A DNA stretch of 14,257 nucleotides, taken from positions 1-14,257 of the forward strand of contig JBDRLW010000040.1 in the NCBI GenBank assembly GCA_043812655.1, read 5' to 3'. Both the position numbers and the translations under genes were made by a program. How positions within the stretch are numbered: position 1 is the stretch's first letter; each line of letters opens with the position of its first letter. The DNA is from a bacterium. GTDB taxonomy: Bacteria; Margulisbacteria; WOR-1; O2-12-FULL-45-9; XYB2-FULL-48-7. Below the pieces are notes generated by a model. It did no database searches. It worked only from the letters and a program-made list of their open reading frames with translations, and had not been told where the DNA came from. Positions 5,234 through 14,095 of this stretch are shown here, in pieces.

Positions 5234-6482
5234 TCGAGCGGGCGTGAGCGTCGAGCCCTTCAATTTCAGCTAATCTTTTTACATCCTGCCAAACATTTTT
5301 TAAGGCCGGTTTTGTATAACCGATAATGCTCTGGTGTTTCACGAAATCATAAACCCCTAATGGCGAAGAAAACCTCGCCGTGCCGCCGGTCGGCAAGACA
5401 TGGTTTGGCCCCGCGATATAATCCCCCACTACAACCGGGGAATGGGGGCCCAAAAAGATCGCGCCAGCATTTTTGATCTGCTCTAAAACCCTTTGGGGCG
5501 CGGCAATTTCCAGCTCAAGATGCTCCGGCCCTATTTTATTGGCTATTTCGACCGCTTGCTTGATATTTTCCACTTTCAGCAAGACTATCTCCGCCTGTTC
5601 AATGATTTTATGACGTGAAAGTTCGCCTTGATGGGCGATAATTTCCTTTTCTACTTTGTCGATCACTTTCTGGGCGTTGGTCGCCAAGATCGCGATCGAG
5701 CTGGGATCATGTTCCGCTTGGGCTAACAGGTCGGCGGCGATAAACTCCGCGTCAGCATCAGCATCGGCAATGATCAAAACATCCGATGGGCCGGCCAAGC
5801 TCTCTATCCCCACCACGCCAAACACTTCTTTTTTAGCCAGCGTTACATAAATGTTGCCTGGCCCTACAATTTTGTCGACCACCGGGATAGTCCCTGTCCC
5901 ATAGGCGAGCGCGGCGACCGCTTGCGCCCCGCCAACCTGGAAGATCTTGGTAATGCCGACTTCGGCGGCCGCGACCAAGACGTGCGGGTTGATCGGCGGG
6001 GGAGAAACCATTATTATCTCCTCTACGCCGGCAACCTTGGCCGGGATCGCGTTCATTAAGACCGAAGAAGGGTACGCCGCCCGACCCCCAGGGACATAGA
6101 TCCCAACGCGGCTAAGGGGTATAAGGCGTTGGCCTAAAACTACATCGAGCGGCAAAGTCTCGAACCATTCATCGCTTTTTTGCTTTTTGTGGTAATAAGT
6201 AATGTTCTGGATCGCTTTGGCAAGTGAAGCGATAAAACCATCTTCTACATTATTGTAGGCGTTCTTGACGGCGGCCGCGGAGACGGCTATTTGTTCCGGC
6301 AACAACCTGACCCCGTCATATTGCTCGGTCAGTTTAACTAGCGCTTCGTCGCCTTCTGCCCTGACCATTTTAATTATTTTCTTGACGGCGGCTATTTCCG
6401 CCCCAGCCAGCGGCATGGCCTTCTTGGCAACGAGGCGTTCTACTTCGGCTGCCACATCTTCTTTGGCTACTACTTTGAGCAT
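5214..6482 (-). CDS. hisD: Histidinol dehydrogenase
   Basis: [44 protein letters not shown] and [13 protein letters not shown] motifs. Confidence 0.96.
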   Translation of the reverse strand: MLKVVAKEDVAAEVERLVAKKAMPLAGAEIAAVKKIIKMVRAEGDEALVKLTEQYDGVRLLPEQIAVSAAAVKNAYNNVEDGFIASLAKAIQNITYYHKKQKSDEWFETLPLDVVLGQRLIPLSRVGIYVPGGRAAYPSSVLMNAIPAKVAGVEEIIMVSPPPINPHVLVAAAEVGITKIFQVGGAQAVAALAYGTGTIPVVDKIVGPGNIYVTLAKKEVFGVVGIESLAGPSDVLIIADADADAEFIAADLLAQAEHDPSSIAILATNAQKVIDKVEKEIIAHQGELSRHKIIEQAEIVLLKVENIKQAVEIANKIGPEHLELEIAAPQRVLEQIKNAGAIFLGPHSPVVVGDYIAGPNHVLPTGGTARFSSPLGVYDFVKHQSIIGYTKPALKNVWQDVKRLAEIEGLDAHARSINVRFS

Positions 6483-7504
6483 ATGATCGATCCTTTTTTT
6501 ATGACGCTATGGTCGGCTAACACCACGCCGCCGCCAATAATTGATCCCTCTTCAACGACGCAGCCTGCCCCTATTATACATCCATCAAGGGTAACGTGCC
6601 GGCCGATTTTACTCCCCGGCCAAATGATCGAATTGTTCACGACCGAACCGTCGCCAAGAGAGACCTTGTCGCCGATCACGCTATATTCTTTGATCTTGAC
6701 TTTTTTTCCTAGCCGCACTTTTTTCCCGACCAAGGTCAGCGCGTTCTTGGTTTTACCGTTGACCGCGACTTTAACTTCGCCCCGTAAGATCGCCTCGTGC
6801 GCTTCCCGGTACTGCGAAGGCTTGCCAATATCCATCCAATAACTATCGGATATAAAGCCGCAGACAAGTTCTCCTTTTTCTAAAAGTGAGGGAAATAACT
6901 GGCGCTCAAAAGAGTGTTCCATCTTAGCTGGAACAACCCGAAATATTTTCGGATCAAGGACATAGATGCCAGCGTTGATCGTGTCGGCCGGCCCAACTTC
7001 GGCATAGCGCCGAACCTGCTCCCAACTCGGCTTCTCAACAAAGCTCGTAACCACCCCTTCGCGATTGGTCAGTATCAACCCATACGAGGTTGGATCTTCC
7101 ACCCTGGTTAAAGTTATGGTCGCCCTGGATTTTTGCTTTTTGTGGAAATCAATGACCGCCGAAAGATCGATATCGGTCAAGACGTCACCATTAAAAACCA
7201 ACAAAGGCTCTTCATCAAAATATTTTTCGGCGTTCTTCACCGCGCCAGCCGTCCCTAATGGTTCCCGTTCGATCGAGTAATATATTTTAACGCCATATTT
7301 TCTCCCGTCGCCTAAAAGCTTCTTGATTTCGCGCGACAGGTAATGAAGGTTTAAGATAACCTCGGTTATCCCATGGCGACGCAAAAGATCGATCTGGTAA
7401 AGGATAAATGGCCGGTTAGCGACCGGGACGATCGGCTTCGGCGTCCAATTGGTTAACGGACGCAGTCTAGTGCCAAGCCCCCCCGCGATAATAACCCCTT
7501 TCAT
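6470..7504 (-). CDS. NDP-sugar synthase / mannose-1-phosphate guanylyltransferase-like (nucleotidyltransferase plus left-handed beta-helix)
   Basis: AGGLGTRLRPLT...PKP, EPLGTAG, NGD, FVEKP and YWMDIG motifs; C-terminal hexapeptide repeats. Confidence 0.88.
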   Translation of the reverse strand: MKGVIIAGGLGTRLRPLTNWTPKPIVPVANRPFILYQIDLLRRHGITEVILNLHYLSREIKKLLGDGRKYGVKIYYSIEREPLGTAGAVKNAEKYFDEEPLLVFNGDVLTDIDLSAVIDFHKKQKSRATITLTRVEDPTSYGLILTNREGVVTSFVEKPSWEQVRRYAEVGPADTINAGIYVLDPKIFRVVPAKMEHSFERQLFPSLLEKGELVCGFISDSYWMDIGKPSQYREAHEAILRGEVKVAVNGKTKNALTLVGKKVRLGKKVKIKEYSVIGDKVSLGDGSVVNNSIIWPGSKIGRHVTLDGCIIGAGCVVEEGSIIGGGVVLADHSVIKKGSIICSK

Positions 7505-8571
7505 CTTTTAAGTTCCCTTTTTAGTTTGGCGATCGCTTCGACCGGGGTCGGATCTATCCCCTGAAGCAGGGCTAAATAGACGCTAACATAATCACCAAAA
7601 AACACCAAAGAAAGCATCCTCGCCAGCTTTGACCTCCCCTGCGAATAAACTTCGTTTGTCCCGCCAACTAACCGGCTAACCAATGATTTCGTAATCTCTA
7701 TCCGTTTTTTTATCCGTTCATTGTCGGCTTCATCGCGCAAGACGATCGACGCGAAACCATTCCCTTCTTTTTTCAAGGCATAAACATTGACGATCTCGTT
7801 ATGGTTGAGCTCCGGAAACTGTCCCGCGATCGCGGTCGCCTTGCTATTTTCGTTAAACTGGGTCTTAAACCGATAAGCCACGGCCGCCGTGGTCATCACA
7901 CTGCCAAAAACAAAGGGGACTTTACCGACTATTTTTTTCGCTAGTGTTTTGGCCGGATTTTGCCGGGCGGGTTTTTCTGGGCCATATTCTTCTTTGAGTT
8001 TTGACAAGAGCGCCACTGCCTCTTTAATGTCGCTTGATGGGTTCGCCGCTATCCCCAATTTATTTAACACGCTAATTAAAGGGATCAAAAGATAGGGGAG
8101 CGCGGCGCGAGGCTGAAGGCCGCCTGGCAGCAGTACGCACGGATATTTTTTTTCTTCTGCCATTTTCTTAAGTTCCCCGCCCGAAGTCAAGCAAATAATG
8201 GCCGCCCTTCTCTTGGCCGCTTCTTTGACCGCACTTATGGTTTCTTCCGTATTCCCGGAATAAGAGAGGGCAATAACAACCGTCTCTTCGTCAACATATT
8301 CCGGTAAGTTGTAGCCGCGGTTTGTTACGATTGGAACCTTGGCTGTTTTCACTAAAAGGTCGGCGGCTAGGTCGCCGGAAATCGCCGAACCGCCCATTCC
8401 TAAAACAACCACCCGGCTAATTTTCTTGACTTTGGGAATGGTTAAATAAGCCGTAAACCCTTCTGCTTCGGCCGTCATCTCCGGCATTTTTCCAACTATC
8501 TCCATCATCCCCGTCGGGTCAGTTTTTTTATACGTTTCTACTTTATCTAAAATTTCTTCAACCTTGGCCAT
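7501..8571 (-). CDS. Bifunctional phosphoglucose/phosphomannose isomerase (SIS domain)
   Basis: GMGGSAISG, SYSGNTEET, QPRAA, KTQFNENSK, PELNHNEI and DPTPVEAI motifs. ATG 8571 has GGGAG upstream. Confidence 0.9.
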   Translation of the reverse strand: MAKVEEILDKVETYKKTDPTGMMEIVGKMPEMTAEAEGFTAYLTIPKVKKISRVVVLGMGGSAISGDLAADLLVKTAKVPIVTNRGYNLPEYVDEETVVIALSYSGNTEETISAVKEAAKRRAAIICLTSGGELKKMAEEKKYPCVLLPGGLQPRAALPYLLIPLISVLNKLGIAANPSSDIKEAVALLSKLKEEYGPEKPARQNPAKTLAKKIVGKVPFVFGSVMTTAAVAYRFKTQFNENSKATAIAGQFPELNHNEIVNVYALKKEGNGFASIVLRDEADNERIKKRIEITKSLVSRLVGGTNEVYSQGRSKLARMLSLVFFGDYVSVYLALLQGIDPTPVEAIAKLKRELKR

Positions 8572-9763
8572 AGTTCTTCTCCCGTCCAATTTTTTCGAGC
8601 AAGATCTTTTCGGCTTTCTGCAACTGGATATCTTTAGCCTCTTCCGGCATCTCGATCCCCAGCTCTTCAGCTTCCTTGGTCGGCACAGTGACTACCACTT
8701 CCGCCGAAATCCCTTTTTTATTGATGTCTTCCCCGTTTGGCGTCAAATAATGGGCGATTGTGATCAAAACGGCGGACCCATCATTTAAATTCCTGACATT
8801 TTGGACCGAAGCCTTGCCAAAAGTGTGGTTGCCGACCAAGGTCGCGACTTTATGGTCGCGCAGGGCCCCGGCTAAGATCTCCGAAGCCGACGCCGAGGTT
8901 TCATTGATAAGCATTACCACCGGTTTATTCCAGATCACCCTGCCAGTTGATTCCAGTTGTTCCTTACGGCCTTCCCGGTCAACCGTCTGGACAATAACAC
9001 CTTGCCGGATAAACATGCTGCCGATATCGATCGCGTTTTGCAAAAGACCGCCTCCATTACCCCTAACATCAAGGATCAAACCATCAGCATTTTTTGATTT
9101 TCTTAACGCTTTTTCGAATTCCCTGGCGGCGTTGATATTTTCAAACGTATTTAATTTAATATAAGCGATATTATTCCCCAGCATTTTAGAGGCGGTGCTT
9201 TTGATCACGATCTTCTTTCGGGTAATATTAAAATCTTTTGCTTCTTTCCAGTTTTTACGGAAAATGGCCAGCTTCACTTTTGTGCCTTGCGGCCCGCGGA
9301 TCATGCTGACCGCTTCTTCCAATGCCATATCCTTGGTCTCTTTACCTTCTATTTTCATGATATAATCGCCAGCTTTCACTCCCAGCTTTTTAGCTGGCGA
9401 GTCGTCGATCGGCGAAATAACGACCAGCGTCTTGTCTTTTATCCCAATATAGATACCAATCCCTGAATAGGAGCCGTTCAACCTCATCTTCATTTCCTTA
9501 TAGGACTTTGGCTCCATAAAACGGGAATAAGGGTCGCCTAAGCCGTCAAGCAAGCCGCGGATCGAACCGTAAACTAGTTTTTGGTCATCAACGTTTTTTT
9601 CCACATAATCACTTTTGACGATCTGCAAAACTTGCAAATAAGTCTCCAGCTTCCTCTCCAGGCTACCGCCCTGCGCCATCCCTTTCCCGACCGAGAAAGC
9701 GGTTAACGCTACCGCCACTACAATTATCACTAAACCAACTTTTGATCGACTAAACTTGTTCAT
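8558..9763 (-). CDS. S41 family carboxyl-terminal processing protease (CtpA-like, PDZ domain)
   Basis: N-terminal membrane anchor, GDPYS, PDZ GIGI, LDVRGNGGG, SASASEILAGAL and TFGKASVQ motifs. Confidence 0.93.
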   Translation of the reverse strand: MNKFSRSKVGLVIIVVAVALTAFSVGKGMAQGGSLERKLETYLQVLQIVKSDYVEKNVDDQKLVYGSIRGLLDGLGDPYSRFMEPKSYKEMKMRLNGSYSGIGIYIGIKDKTLVVISPIDDSPAKKLGVKAGDYIMKIEGKETKDMALEEAVSMIRGPQGTKVKLAIFRKNWKEAKDFNITRKKIVIKSTASKMLGNNIAYIKLNTFENINAAREFEKALRKSKNADGLILDVRGNGGGLLQNAIDIGSMFIRQGVIVQTVDREGRKEQLESTGRVIWNKPVVMLINETSASASEILAGALRDHKVATLVGNHTFGKASVQNVRNLNDGSAVLITIAHYLTPNGEDINKKGISAEVVVTVPTKEAEELGIEMPEEAKDIQLQKAEKILLEKIGREKNYGQG

Positions 9764-9765
9764 TA

Positions 9766-10896
9766 TTACCTCCTTGGTAAATATTTTATCGGGTTTACCG
9801 GACGACCATTTTTTCTGACCTCAAAATGCAAGTGGGGCCCGGTTGAATAACCGGTACTTCCCTCTAACCCAATTGTCTGGCCTTTAGCCACCGGATTCCC
9901 CACCGCCGGGTAGATCCGGGAAAGGTGGGCGTAAACAGTGGCGATCCCCTTGCCATGGTCAATAACGATCGCCTTCCCATACCCATCCCACCAACCGGCA
10001 AAGATCACTTCGCCGCCATCGGCGGCCAGGATCGGCGTGCCATATGGCGTGGCGATATCAATCCCAGTATGCCGGCCTTGCAACCGATGCCTAGCCCCGT
10101 AACGGAGGGTGATCCGTCCCTGAAGCGGCCAGATCATGGTCCCTGTTCCCTGAGAAACCATCCCCGTTTTGGAGCGCTCCGCCATTTTCCGTTGGATCAT
10201 GGCCTCAAGCTCTACTGAGCTCTTTTCCAGTTCTGCTAAGCGCTCAACAAAAAGTTTTTCCCTTTCCTTTAATTGGTTCAGCGCTTTTTTCTTTTCTATC
10301 GCTTGCTGGGCGGCGACCTTTTTTTGTTCGGCAATGACCACCGCCAGCTCCTTTATTTCTTTGGTCTTTTCCCGCAGTGATTCCTTTTTGACCTTGGCGG
10401 TCTTCAGGTCGTTCTTGGCCCCCCGGATCAGGTCGGCATTCTGGCCGACAATTTTTTCAAAATAATACAAGCGGCTTAAAAAATCAGACATCGAGCTGGA
10501 AGCAAATAAAAGATCGAAATAATTAACCCGGCCATTTTTATACGCTTCCATAACACGCCGCTCAATCAGGCTGGCCTTTTTTTTCAAGTCTTTTTCCGTC
10601 TCTCGCAATTCTACTGTCAGCTGGCCGATCTTCCCCTCGTTTTCTCTGACCCTCGTGGTTGCCTTGGTTAATTTTTTTGCCGCCTGCTTCAATTCCCTGT
10701 TTATTTCAACGATCTTCCCTAGGACTTCCTGCTGTTTAACCTTGGTCTCTTTTATTTTTTCCTTGCTGGCTTTTATTTCATTTTTGATCTGCTTTAGTTT
10801 TTCTTGTTCATCAAGGTTCGCGGACGTTGTTGCTGGTTCCGCCATAATAGCCTGGATGACTAAAAGGGTAAAAAGCAGCCCGAAAATTATTTTCAT
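9766..10896 (-). CDS. M23 family peptidoglycan DD-metalloendopeptidase with long coiled coil (EnvC-like architecture)
   Basis: Signal peptide, coiled coil, HTGID, YAHL and STGPHLHFEVR (Zn ligands intact). Confidence 0.9.
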   Translation of the reverse strand: MKIIFGLLFTLLVIQAIMAEPATTSANLDEQEKLKQIKNEIKASKEKIKETKVKQQEVLGKIVEINRELKQAAKKLTKATTRVRENEGKIGQLTVELRETEKDLKKKASLIERRVMEAYKNGRVNYFDLLFASSSMSDFLSRLYYFEKIVGQNADLIRGAKNDLKTAKVKKESLREKTKEIKELAVVIAEQKKVAAQQAIEKKKALNQLKEREKLFVERLAELEKSSVELEAMIQRKMAERSKTGMVSQGTGTMIWPLQGRITLRYGARHRLQGRHTGIDIATPYGTPILAADGGEVIFAGWWDGYGKAIVIDHGKGIATVYAHLSRIYPAVGNPVAKGQTIGLEGSTGYSTGPHLHFEVRKNGRPVNPIKYLPRR

Positions 10897-10905
10897 TGCC
10901 TTCTA

Positions 10906-10914
10906 ATGATATCA
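10906..10914 (-). promoter_or_regulatory. Extended -10 element upstream of the M23 peptidase gene, overlapping the uvrC stop
   Basis: - strand TGA-TATCAT, 9 nt, ATG 10896. Confidence 0.45.
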
Positions 10915-12165
10915 TAATCGCTCTCTTTTTTCTCGATGGAAGCTGACCGCAAAACGGTGGGCTTCATCCCTAATCCTTTGGAGGAGCCTTAGCGCTTTAG
11001 CCTCCTTTGGCAGCTTAATAGTTCTCCCTTCTCCCGGACGGTAGAGCTCTTCTTCTTTTTTGGCCAGCCCGATTATTGGCAGCCTTCCTAGCCCTGCTTC
11101 GATCAACGCTTTGCGGCCAAAATTCACCTGGGCCAGGCCACCGTCAACTACAACTAGGTCGGGTAAGCTCATTTTCTTTGACAACGAACCGGCATAGCGC
11201 CGCTTTACTATCTCGTAAATAGCGTAAACATCGTTTTGGTCCGGGAGGGAACGGATCTTGAACCGGCGATAATCGGCTTTGAGAGGCAACCCATCAACAA
11301 ACGTTGCCATTGAACCGACTATATTCGTTCCGGAAATGTTGGAAATATCAAAACATTCCAACCGTTGCGGTGTTTTTGCGAGCTTTAATACCTTTCCCAG
11401 CTCTTGCAGGTCGCTGGTGGCCGCCGGTGTTAGCTTGGCCTTGATCTCAACTTTGGCGCCCATCATCTTTGCTAATAACTTCAAACTATCCCTAAAATAT
11501 TTCGCCCGTTCAAAGTCCTGGTTCTCCGCCGCTTTCCTCATTTCTTCTTCCAGTTTCCCCTTGGCTTCCTTCATCTTACCCTTCAGCAGTAATTTGATCC
11601 CGTCAATTAACGACAAATAATTATCGTGGCTGATCTTACCGACGCAAGGGGCAGCGCAATTTTTTGTGTGGTAGTATAAACACGGCTGTTCCCGCATTAC
11701 CAGGGGCGATTCATGGCACCAGCGGATGGGAAAAAGTTTTTTTACCAGCCTAATGATCGCCCTGACCATCCCGCCTTGATAACGCCCGTAATAAAGGGCG
11801 CCGTCCTTTTCCTTGCGTCTGGCCAGCATCAGCCGCGGCCATTTTTCTTTAACAGTGACCTTAATAAAGGGGTATGCTTTGTCGTCTTTTAGGGCGATGT
11901 TGTAGCGAGGCTTGTATTTTTTTACCAGTTCGTCCTCGAGGATCAGAGCTTCAAGCTCGGTTTTAGTGATTATGTAATCAATATCCCGGAGACGACTGAC
12001 CAAGATTGTCGTCTTGACGTCTTCGTGGGGTTTAAAATATGAAGCGACCCTCTTTTTAAGTGATTTGGCTTTGCCGACGTAGATGATCCCGCCGTTCTTA
12101 TCTTTAAAAAGATAAACTCCCGGCTGGCCGGGCAAGGCCTTTAGCTTCTCTTCTAGAGAGCTCAT
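10912..12165 (-). CDS. uvrC: Excinuclease ABC subunit C, compact form without the C-terminal HhH domain
   Basis: GIY-YIG domain (PGVYLF...IYVGKA...R...E), Cys cluster, UVR motif (FERAKYFRD), ECFDISN, VDGG and RDEAHRFA motifs; 417 aa. Confidence 0.92.
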   Translation of the reverse strand: MSSLEEKLKALPGQPGVYLFKDKNGGIIYVGKAKSLKKRVASYFKPHEDVKTTILVSRLRDIDYIITKTELEALILEDELVKKYKPRYNIALKDDKAYPFIKVTVKEKWPRLMLARRKEKDGALYYGRYQGGMVRAIIRLVKKLFPIRWCHESPLVMREQPCLYYHTKNCAAPCVGKISHDNYLSLIDGIKLLLKGKMKEAKGKLEEEMRKAAENQDFERAKYFRDSLKLLAKMMGAKVEIKAKLTPAATSDLQELGKVLKLAKTPQRLECFDISNISGTNIVGSMATFVDGLPLKADYRRFKIRSLPDQNDVYAIYEIVKRRYAGSLSKKMSLPDLVVVDGGLAQVNFGRKALIEAGLGRLPIIGLAKKEEELYRPGEGRTIKLPKEAKALRLLQRIRDEAHRFAVSFHREKRERL

Positions 12166-12168
12166 TCT

Positions 12169-12594
12169 TTATCTAGCGGTAACTTTGACCAAAAGCGGCG
12201 CAAAAATATCGTGGAACAATTTAACTTTAACCTTGTGTTCGCCTACCATCTTAATTGAATCAATAATTATGATCTTGCGTTTGTCGATCTCGAGGCCAAG
12301 GCTTTCCTTGATCGCTTTGACAATGTCGGCGGTCGTGATCGAACCAAAGAGCTTGCCGCCTTCACCGGCATCGGCCAATATTTCTAATTCTCCGGCCGCT
12401 AATTTTTCCGCGACCGCGTTTAGTTCCGCTTTTTTCTGTTCCACTTCGGCTTGTTTCTTTTCTTTCCGTTTTTCGACCAGGGCTTCCGCCTTTGGGGTCG
12501 CTAGAATCGCCAGCTTGCGCGGCAAAAGATAGTTCCTGGCATAGCCTTCCGATACTTTCTCGATCCGGTCATCTTCTAAGAAAATAACTTTCAT
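12169..12594 (-). CDS. rplI: 50S ribosomal protein L9
   Basis: MKVIFL...GYARNYLLP, GKLFGSIT and IDKRKI motifs; follows rpsR. Confidence 0.95.
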   Translation of the reverse strand: MKVIFLEDDRIEKVSEGYARNYLLPRKLAILATPKAEALVEKRKEKKQAEVEQKKAELNAVAEKLAAGELEILADAGEGGKLFGSITTADIVKAIKESLGLEIDKRKIIIIDSIKMVGEHKVKVKLFHDIFAPLLVKVTAR

Positions 12595-12595
12595 G

Positions 12596-12847
12596 TTAAT
12601 CTACCACGAACGGCAAGGCGCCGATCTGCCTCGCTCTTTTAATCGCTTTAGCGACCATCCGCTGGTGCAGGGTGCAGCACCCGGACATCCGGCGCGGCGC
12701 GATCTTCCCCCGGTCGGTCATGAACCGCCGGACGAAACCGATGTCTTTATAGTCAAGACCTTTCTGGTCGACGCAAAAAACGCACGGTCGTCTTTTCCTT
12801 TTCTTGAATTGCTGCTGTTGTTTTGGTTTTCTAGCTTCCCTCGTCAT
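12596..12847 (-). CDS. rpsR: 30S ribosomal protein S18 (zinc-binding form)
   Basis: CVFC, LDYKD, RGKIAPRR, CTLHQR and AIKRAR motifs. ATG 12847 with AGGAG upstream is preferred over 12883. Confidence 0.95.
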   Translation of the reverse strand: MTREARKPKQQQQFKKRKRRPCVFCVDQKGLDYKDIGFVRRFMTDRGKIAPRRMSGCCTLHQRMVAKAIKRARQIGALPFVVD

Positions 12848-12860
12848 CTCTTTACTCCTT

Positions 12861-13280
12861 TTAAAATGGGATATCTTCTTCATTTACGGCGGTTGTTTCC
12901 ACCGCCGCTTCGCTTTTCATTGGTCCGCTGCCAGGTTTACTCCCCAGCATCTGCATGTTGTCGGCTACCACTTCGGCCATCGTCCTCTTTTGCCCATCCC
13001 GGCCAGTAAAACTGCTGATCTGAAGCCGGCCTTCTATTGCCACCGGACGCCCTTTTTTTAAGAACTCGCCGCAAATCTCGGCTAGCCTGCGCCACGCCAC
13101 AACATTAATAAAATCAACATCTTGTCCTCCCGCTCCCCCTTCGCCTTCCCCTACGCCTGTGCCTTTTTTCTTAAATCTATTCACCGCCAGCGTCAACCTT
13201 GCCACCGGTATCCCGCTCGTTGTATAACGGAGATCAGGGTCACGGGTCAAATTGCCAATTAAAAATACTTTATTGTACAT
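12861..13280 (-). CDS. ssb: Single-stranded DNA-binding protein (copy 2)
   Basis: NKVFLIGNLTRDP, LAVNR and EGRLQ motifs; acidic tail EEDIPF. Confidence 0.95.
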   Translation of the reverse strand: MYNKVFLIGNLTRDPDLRYTTSGIPVARLTLAVNRFKKKGTGVGEGEGGAGGQDVDFINVVAWRRLAEICGEFLKKGRPVAIEGRLQISSFTGRDGQKRTMAEVVADNMQMLGSKPGSGPMKSEAAVETTAVNEEDIPF

Positions 13281-13283
13281 TTC

Positions 13284-13703
13284 TTAGAACGGCAAGTCGT
13301 TTGGCATTTCCGGGTCATCATCAATTGTTTCGGTCTCCACCGAGCTATTGACCGGAACAGCAGATCCTTTTTCTTGCCCGGGCTTATCAAGCATCGTCAT
13401 ATTGCGGGCGACAACCTCGGTTACCCACTTGCGTTGCCCCGCTTGGTCTTCATAAGACCGAACCTGGGTCCGGCCTTCAACCAAGACCAAGCGGTCTTTC
13501 TTTAAATACTGGGCGCATATTTCCGCTAATTTTGACCAGGCAACCACATCGATAAGATCGACGCCGTTTTCCGCGCCTTGGCCGCCAACTGGCCGGTTTA
13601 CCGCCAAGCGAAACTTAGCGATCGGCGCACCGTCGGCAGTGGAACGGCTTTCCGGATCTGCGGTCAAGCGGCCAACCAAAATGATCCTATTTAAGCTCGC
13701 CAA
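13284..13703 (-). CDS. ssb: Single-stranded DNA-binding protein (copy 1)
   Basis: LNRIILVGRLTADP, LAVNR and EGR motifs; tail NDLPF. TTG 13703 has GAAGGAG upstream, giving MASLNR. Confidence 0.93.
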   Translation of the reverse strand: MASLNRIILVGRLTADPESRSTADGAPIAKFRLAVNRPVGGQGAENGVDLIDVVAWSKLAEICAQYLKKDRLVLVEGRTQVRSYEDQAGQRKWVTEVVARNMTMLDKPGQEKGSAVPVNSSVETETIDDDPEMPNDLPF

Positions 13704-14058
13704 GCGGCGCTCCTTCGATCGGGGTGCCAGCAATCTCTATTTTTTCCGTCGTGACCTCGGCGGTCTCAACCGCTTTGGAAATAAAATACCTGATCACATT
13801 CTCGGTGACTTTAAGATAGGCCTTAAGCTCGGCCGGTAAATTTGAGGGGCCGCGGAAGCGGACCAAAACATAATAGGCCTGGGTCAATTTGGGGGCTTTT
13901 CTTAACATCGAAGCGAGTCGTTTTGTCCCCCACTTTTCTGTCTTATCAACTTCACCTTTACCGGCTTTTATTTTGTCTTCAATTTTGGTCAAAAGAGCTG
14001 ATATTTTCTCTTCTCCCAAGGCCGGGTCAAACAATAAGATCAATTCATATCCGTTCAT
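13687..14058 (-). CDS. rpsF: 30S ribosomal protein S6
   Basis: YELILLFDP, WGTKRLA and VIRY motifs; canonical rpsF-ssb-rpsR-rplI order. Confidence 0.93.
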   Translation of the reverse strand: MNGYELILLFDPALGEEKISALLTKIEDKIKAGKGEVDKTEKWGTKRLASMLRKAPKLTQAYYVLVRFRGPSNLPAELKAYLKVTENVIRYFISKAVETAEVTTEKIEIAGTPIEGAPLGELK

Positions 14059-14067
14059 AGTAAAATA

Positions 14068-14095
14068 ATTATACCATAAATAGGGGAGAAATCAA
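14068..14095 (-). promoter_or_regulatory. rpsF operon promoter
   Basis: - strand TTGATT (14095-14090), 16 nt, TATAAT (14073-14068) preceded by TGG, 9 nt, ATG 14058; no Shine-Dalgarno. Confidence 0.72.

Noticed and set aside
6470..8571. PGI/PMI next to an NDP-sugar nucleotidyltransferase as a novel pathway
   Set aside because: This is consistent with ordinary GDP-mannose precursor synthesis.
13115..13165. Purine-rich hexamer-like periodicity in ssb copy 2
   Set aside because: Codon-phase repeat of Gly-X in a flexible loop with no palindromic structure; mentioned only within the ssb finding.
378..14060. Numerous antisense or alternate-frame ORFs in the track (e.g. 957-1334, 6483-6842, 8760-9164, 12593-13009)
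   Set aside because: They are shadows of well-supported genes, with no recognisable motifs or initiation signals.
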